A DNA stretch of 26,534 bases from Thioalkalispiraceae bacterium (lineage in GTDB: Bacteria; Pseudomonadota; Gammaproteobacteria; UBA6429; Thiohalophilaceae). The notes beneath the pieces are model-generated. The model did no database searches. It had not been told where the DNA came from and saw only the letters and a program-made list of their open reading frames with translations. Positions 22,134-26,534 of the stretch are shown here, piece by piece. A program made the position numbers and the translations under genes. The stretch spans positions 1 to 26,534 of the forward strand of contig JASFLV010000001.1 of assembly GCA_050117915.1 (NCBI GenBank). Reading direction: 5' to 3'. How positions within the stretch are numbered: position 1 is the stretch's first letter; each line of letters opens with the position of its first letter.

Positions 22134-22820
22134 ATGACACCGCAACGATTTAAGAAATTACAAACGATCCTACGCCGTAGACAACTCGATCTAACGGTAT
22201 TAATGGATAATGTGCATAAACCACATAACCTGTCTGCAATCATGCGCACCTGTGATGCTGTTGGCATACACAGCATACATGCCGTCAGTAAAGAGCGCTT
22301 CGTCGACACGGTGAAGGACATTACCCAGGGAACCGGCAAGTGGGTAAACTTCCAGTCGCACGATACTTTGTCTGAAGCTGTTGAGTTACTCAAAAGCAAC
22401 AACATGCAGGTACTGGCCGCCCACCCTTCGACAACTGCAACTGATTTCCGTGAAATTGATTATACAAAGCCCACCGCGATTATACTGGGGACTGAACTTC
22501 ATGGTGTCAGCGAGGAGGGACTCGCGTTAGCCGATCAGCATATTGTTATCCCCATGCTGGGCATGATCGATTCATTGAATGTTTCAGTGGCCGCCGCGTT
22601 AATTCTGTTTGAGGCACAACAACAGCGTTTGCAAAGTGGGGCCTACCAGCAGCAGCAACTCGCTGAACACGTCTTCAAGCAGATCCTGTTTGAATGGTCA
22701 CACCCTAAACTGGCTTCTTTCTATACCGCCAAGGGCTTACCCTACCCTGAACTTGATGAGGAGGGTCAGGTGCTCGAATCCGAGCGACATACACAGGCCC
22801 GGCTGGGCACACAGAAATAA
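22134..22820 (+). CDS. trmH: tRNA (guanosine-18-2'-O)-methyltransferase
   Basis: MTPQRF start, DNVHKPHNLSAIMRTCDAVG, ILGTELHGVS and IPMLGMIDSLNVSVA (SPOUT). The ORF-track start at 21951 overlaps mazG; ATG at 22134 matches the family N-terminus. Confidence 0.94.
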   Translation: MTPQRFKKLQTILRRRQLDLTVLMDNVHKPHNLSAIMRTCDAVGIHSIHAVSKERFVDTVKDITQGTGKWVNFQSHDTLSEAVELLKSNNMQVLAAHPSTTATDFREIDYTKPTAIILGTELHGVSEEGLALADQHIVIPMLGMIDSLNVSVAAALILFEAQQQRLQSGAYQQQQLAEHVFKQILFEWSHPKLASFYTAKGLPYPELDEEGQVLESERHTQARLGTQK

Positions 22821-22837
22821 AGTTACCGTACTTTCGG

Positions 22838-23989
22838 CTAAATGAGGATAAAATCCAGTTGGCTTAACATTTGCTGTTGCTTTAGCGAGAGCCCTGCTTG
22901 TGAAACTTTATAGTGAGAAAACTCACGGCGTTTGGGATAATTTTTTCGCAGCTGATCAAACAGTAGCGCCCGTTGCTGTTCATCCAGTTTCATCCCTGCT
23001 CTTAATCGGGCGCTATCAGCCTCGATTGAATAGACCTGGTTGACCAGGTTCCACAGGGAATGATCGGATTCCGGATCAAATTCAAGAATGCTATCCTGAT
23101 CAGCTTCGAGCACTGCCTGTGGACTCCAACGTTCCGGTTCCCCCAGAAATTGACAGGCCGCCTGGTATATCATGTAGGTACCGCGACATTTTCCATCAAA
23201 CGAATAACCAGCAATATGGGGTGTCGAGATACGCGTCTGTTTTTCAAGTTCAATATTAATGAATGGCTCGTTCTGCCATACATCAAGTATCAGGGTTAAA
23301 TCTTTTTGCCCGAGTTGTTCAAGCAAAGCCGATTCATCCTGAGTACCGCCACGTGAGGTATTGATAAACAAGCTGCCTGCTTGCAATGCGGCAAAAAAGG
23401 CTCTGTCAAACATTAATTTGGTAGGATACTCCACATCGACAGTTAGCGGCACATGTGCGGTGACTACATCACATTCAAGTACCCTGCCCCATGAAATATA
23501 TTCAATGTCCTGATTTAATAACTGGCGTGGCGGGTCAAAAACAAAGGTATTGATTCCGATCGCATCCAGTCGCTTTGTTACCCTTGAACCAACGTTACCG
23601 TAACCTACCACTGCGACATTCAGTTCCGAGAGGGGAATGTCTTTTTCTTTTGCATACAACAAAATACCAGATAGCGTATATTCGGCTGCCGAGACGGCAT
23701 TACAACCAGGTGCATTGGCAAACGGGATATTATGTGACTGCAAATAATCAAAATCGATGTGGTCAGTACCGATAGTTGCCGAAGCCACAAATTGTACTTT
23801 ACTACCCGCAAGCAGCGTCTCATTGACTTTAGTTACGGAACGAACCAGTAAAATATCTGCCTCAGATATATCGCTTGCGCTAACCTGGCGACCATCAAAC
23901 AAAATGACTTCATCCTCTCCTTCTCCAGATGACAAGGATGAGAAAGCTTCGGTTACAAAGGGAATGTTCTGGTCCGCGAAAATTTTCAT
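22838..23989 (-). CDS. pdxB: 4-phosphoerythronate dehydrogenase
   Basis: MKIFADQNIP, LLVRSVTKV, SATIGTDH, APGCNAVSAAEY, GYGNVG, HVPL, LDVWQNEP, TPHIAGYSFDGK and RKNYP.RRE. Confidence 0.95.
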   Translation of the reverse strand: MKIFADQNIPFVTEAFSSLSSGEGEDEVILFDGRQVSASDISEADILLVRSVTKVNETLLAGSKVQFVASATIGTDHIDFDYLQSHNIPFANAPGCNAVSAAEYTLSGILLYAKEKDIPLSELNVAVVGYGNVGSRVTKRLDAIGINTFVFDPPRQLLNQDIEYISWGRVLECDVVTAHVPLTVDVEYPTKLMFDRAFFAALQAGSLFINTSRGGTQDESALLEQLGQKDLTLILDVWQNEPFINIELEKQTRISTPHIAGYSFDGKCRGTYMIYQAACQFLGEPERWSPQAVLEADQDSILEFDPESDHSLWNLVNQVYSIEADSARLRAGMKLDEQQRALLFDQLRKNYPKRREFSHYKVSQAGLSLKQQQMLSQLDFILI

Positions 23990-24076
23990 TAGCACAATAG
24001 CTTTGCAATAAGATGCGCAAATCTATCATGCCTGTGATAATTAAAAAAGATTTAGTAAAACTGTACTCTCACTCAA

Positions 24077-24102
24077 GAAGAAACTAATTACATTAGTTTT
24101 TC
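24077..24102. repeat. AT-rich inverted repeat (operator or weak terminator) between the HDOD gene and pdxB
   Basis: Perfect core AAACTAAT-TAC-ATTAGTTT (24081-24099), extendable to 11 bp with one bulge. Confidence 0.55.
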
Positions 24103-24140
24103 AATCCAGCCGTGAAGCGGGTAAACTGAATTATGGCGGC

Positions 24141-25037
24141 TTAATACGGGCGGTAAGTCCTGGGTAAGATCGACTCCAGTGCTTCTGTAAATAGATTACC
24201 TGCTTCCTGGAATATTTCATCCATAACAGAAGGATCAAGATTGGTTGTCTGCCAGGCATAAGGAGAGATGCTATTCTTGGTACTATCCAGTTCCAAACCA
24301 CTCTCGGCAATCAGGGTCATGCCATTAGCGATATGAATCAGACAGACATCCATGATCGCTTCATCCGCCTGATCCGGATGATGGTGATGTCTAACCGCCT
24401 GTTCCAGTGTCCTGGGCATTTGCCAGACCTTCAATAGCTCGCCACCAACCTCGGAATGGTCAAAACCAAATACTTCCTGTTCGAGCTCACAGTCAGGCCT
24501 GTCTTCCAGTTTGGCCCTGGCTACGACTTCACCCATTTCACTGGGTAGTCGGTGACTCAAGATGAGCTTTCCAATATCGTGCAATAAGCCGGCAACGAAC
24601 AGACGTTCGCTGTGTAAGACATGGCAACGCTCTGCCAGCAACTGCGCAACAACACCACAATAAACACTGTGCCGCCAGAATTTCACCATGTTAAGTAAGT
24701 CGTTGGGAATTTTTGAAAAGGCTTCAACTGCGGAAGCCGCCAGCACCAGACCGCGCAACTCACGTAAGCCAATAACTGTCACCGCACGAGAGACCGTTTC
24801 AATCCTGGAGGGAAAGCCATAAAAGGCACTGTTGACGATCTTTAATAATCTTGCGGTTAGCCCGGTATCCTGGCTAATCACTCTGCCAATATCATTGGCA
24901 TTGACCCTGACATCCTCGAGCATTTCATTGACCCGAATACAGACCTCAGGTAATGAGACCAGGCGGACTACGCCGGAGACTAAATCATAAGGGGTGGTTT
25001 TTACTTTTTTGGTGGTATTGTTCTTGGCGGTCTGCAT
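24141..25037 (-). CDS. Stand-alone HDOD-domain protein
   Basis: LVSLPEV, ISQDTGLTARLLKIVNSAFY, I.TV.RAV..IG, FWRHS, GLLHDIGK, H.EVGGELL..W.MP and HHH. Confidence 0.92.
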   Translation of the reverse strand: MQTAKNNTTKKVKTTPYDLVSGVVRLVSLPEVCIRVNEMLEDVRVNANDIGRVISQDTGLTARLLKIVNSAFYGFPSRIETVSRAVTVIGLRELRGLVLAASAVEAFSKIPNDLLNMVKFWRHSVYCGVVAQLLAERCHVLHSERLFVAGLLHDIGKLILSHRLPSEMGEVVARAKLEDRPDCELEQEVFGFDHSEVGGELLKVWQMPRTLEQAVRHHHHPDQADEAIMDVCLIHIANGMTLIAESGLELDSTKNSISPYAWQTTNLDPSVMDEIFQEAGNLFTEALESILPRTYRPY

Positions 25038-25069
25038 ATTGCTGAATTCTCACTCAACTGGTTTGTCGC

Positions 25070-25127
25070 GGTGGCCAACCATCTGGCAACCACCCTATAT
25101 AACGACAAATTGCCGCTATGGCTTTAG
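25070..25127 (-). promoter_or_regulatory. Candidate sigma28 (FliA) promoter of the HDOD gene with a 5'-terminal hairpin
   Basis: Minus strand CTAAAG-N15-GTCGTTAT (25127-25099). The spacer is one base longer than canonical. Followed by a GGTGG...CCACC hairpin (25094-25070). Confidence 0.35.
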
Positions 25128-25216
25128 CATATCTGGAATTAGTCTAAAGCTGGTTTAATTACAGTGAGTTAGAGAGAGAAGCTATAAAGTACAAAAAACC
25201 AGTGTTAACAACCAGG

Positions 25217-25729
25217 TTATTCCTCAGCCAGGCGTTGTAAGCCAACCAGAGCAGTCTGGGCGACTTCTGGCTGAGCGTCCTGACTCAGTCTCTCCAGGGT
25301 CGATTTATCTGCGTTCAGATTACGTGCAACTTCGAGACGGATATCGGCACTTTGATCTTTTGCCAAGATTGCCAGCGCCTCGGCTGGCACGTACTCAAAG
25401 CGAGCCACGACGCTACGCACATCGATATTTGGGTCTCTGGCGAGTTTTAAGAATATCGCTTTGCTTGTCGCTAGATTGGTCGCGACCGCGATCCGTACCT
25501 GGGGGTGTTTATCACTGGCAAGTTTATCCAGTAACGCCTCGGGAGATTTCCGATTTCTGGCAAGATACTGTCTGACCTGCCAGTTAGGATCTTCTGATAA
25601 TTTCCACAGCTGCTCTACAGGTGTGGCTGGATGCCCTGCCTGCCGCCGGCGCTGATCGGCATCGGTAGAGAAAACCGGTTGACTAGTTGCAAATAAAATA
25701 AGCAGAATGCCAATCTGTTGCTTAAACAT
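25217..25729 (-). CDS. Exported leucine-rich-repeat-variant (LRV/HEAT-like) protein
   Basis: Signal peptide MFKQQIGILLILFATSQPVFS, then five exact 26-aa repeats and a capping helix. AGGA upstream of ATG 25729. Confidence 0.85.
   Translation of the reverse strand: MFKQQIGILLILFATSQPVFSTDADQRRRQAGHPATPVEQLWKLSEDPNWQVRQYLARNRKSPEALLDKLASDKHPQVRIAVATNLATSKAIFLKLARDPNIDVRSVVARFEYVPAEALAILAKDQSADIRLEVARNLNADKSTLERLSQDAQPEVAQTALVGLQRLAEE
25280..25669 (-). repeat. Five tandem 26-codon protein repeats (consensus D....VR..vA.N...P...L..La.)
   Basis: D-to-D spacing counted as 26 residues for each unit (DPNW, DKHP, DPNI, DQSA, DAQP). A degenerate first unit keeps R, A, P and L at the same offsets. Confidence 0.85.
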
Positions 25730-25850
25730 TGTAAAATCCTGAAAGTCGATAGTCACAGTACTTTGTCATAGATCTCAGAATCAGTGACTACAAATATAAA
25801 GTATTACGCTATTATTGAATGACTTAGATGAAATAACAACAAAGCCAAGC

Positions 25851-26534
25851 GTGTCAGATACTACTACAAAACCACGAATTCTTGCTGTTGATGATTCACG
25901 CGTCATGCGCGTGGCGATTCGTAAAATCCTCGGTAAAGATTACGATGTCATCGAAGCCGAACACGGCGAAGATGCCTGGACCTTACTCATTAATGACAAC
26001 ACAATCCAGGTCATGTTCACGGATTTATCCATGCCCTACCTTGATGGTTATGGGTTGTTGGAGAGAATGCGCACCAGTGAAGACCCGCGCCTGCAGGATA
26101 TGCCGGTTATTATCATCACCGGCAAGGAAGACGACGACAATGCCAAGCAACAGGCCCTGGATCGTGGCGCCAGTGACTTTATCAGTAAACCCTTCGAATC
26201 TATCCAGCTCCAGGCACGCGCCAAGGCCCATGTCAGTTTCAAAGCAACCACCACCAAACTTACGGATACCGCTGAGAAACTTGAACGTCAGGCAGCCATT
26301 GATGAAACCACCGGCCTCGCAGGCCAGCGCTACTTTTGTAAGGCTGCTGATGACGCCCTCGCCTACATCAGAAGACATGGTGGCCAATATGTCCTGGTTC
26401 GCATGGACCTGGATGACTTTAATCAGATCTTCATCAAGAACGGTAAAAAGGCTGCGGATACTATTCTTAGCGTAATTGGCCAACACCTGTCCAAACAGGT
26501 AAGAAAAGAAGATATGTTGGCACGTGTTGGCCTG
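25851..26534 (+). CDS. Response regulator REC + degenerate GGDEF protein (truncated by window end; not in ORF track)
   Basis: Manual translation, open to the window end: (V)SDTTTKPRILAVDDSRVMR...MFTDLSMP...IITG...DFISKPF...DETTGLAGQR...MDLDDFNQIFIKNGKKAAD...VRKEDMLARVGL. Start is GTG 25851 or TTG 25815 (in-frame TAA at 25797). Confidence 0.92.
   Translation, partial: MSDTTTKPRILAVDDSRVMRVAIRKILGKDYDVIEAEHGEDAWTLLINDNTIQVMFTDLSMPYLDGYGLLERMRTSEDPRLQDMPVIIITGKEDDDNAKQQALDRGASDFISKPFESIQLQARAKAHVSFKATTTKLTDTAEKLERQAAIDETTGLAGQRYFCKAADDALAYIRRHGGQYVLVRMDLDDFNQIFIKNGKKAADTILSVIGQHLSKQVRKEDMLARVGL

Noticed and set aside
25185-25216. Terminator after the LRV gene (T6 tract on the minus strand)
   Set aside because: The flanking ACCAG copies are direct repeats, not inverted, so no stable stem precedes the T tract.
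25280-25669. CRISPR-like or DNA tandem array at 78-bp period
   Set aside because: The repeats are conserved only at the protein level; the DNA is diverged, with no identical repeats or spacers.
25882-26475. 197-aa plus-strand ORF, and minus-strand ORFs 26025-26486 and 26048-26257
   Set aside because: Out of frame with, or antisense to, the REC-GGDEF frame from 25851, which carries all the family motifs.

Overview
Gammaproteobacterial chromosomal segment (by gene content and order), dense with housekeeping genes. I see no tRNA/rRNA, CRISPR array, transposase, integrase or pseudogene. Bases 1-19562 are 18 consecutive minus-strand genes: miaB-ybeZ(phoH)-ybeY-corC-lnt-leuS-lptE-holA-proA-nadD-rsfS-rlmH-maf-rng-yhdP-[hypothetical]-nit1-tldD (tldD is partial and absent from the ORF track). 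Next come a stand-alone amtB with no glnK and its own terminator, a divergent mazG/trmH pair and pdxB. The window ends in a small signalling cluster: an HDOD protein, an exported 26-aa LRV-repeat protein and a truncated REC-GGDEF gene that the ORF track missed. The best leads are: (i) an exported protein with a degenerate OmpA-like fold inside the yhdP operon; (ii) a REC-GGDEF protein with a destroyed active site but intact RxxD I-site, beside the LRV and HDOD genes; (iii) a 12/14 NtrC box over an apparent sigma70 promoter of the orphan amtB; (iv) several genes with a -10 hexamer immediately before the start codon and no Shine-Dalgarno. All are hypotheses from sequence reading alone; no database search was run.
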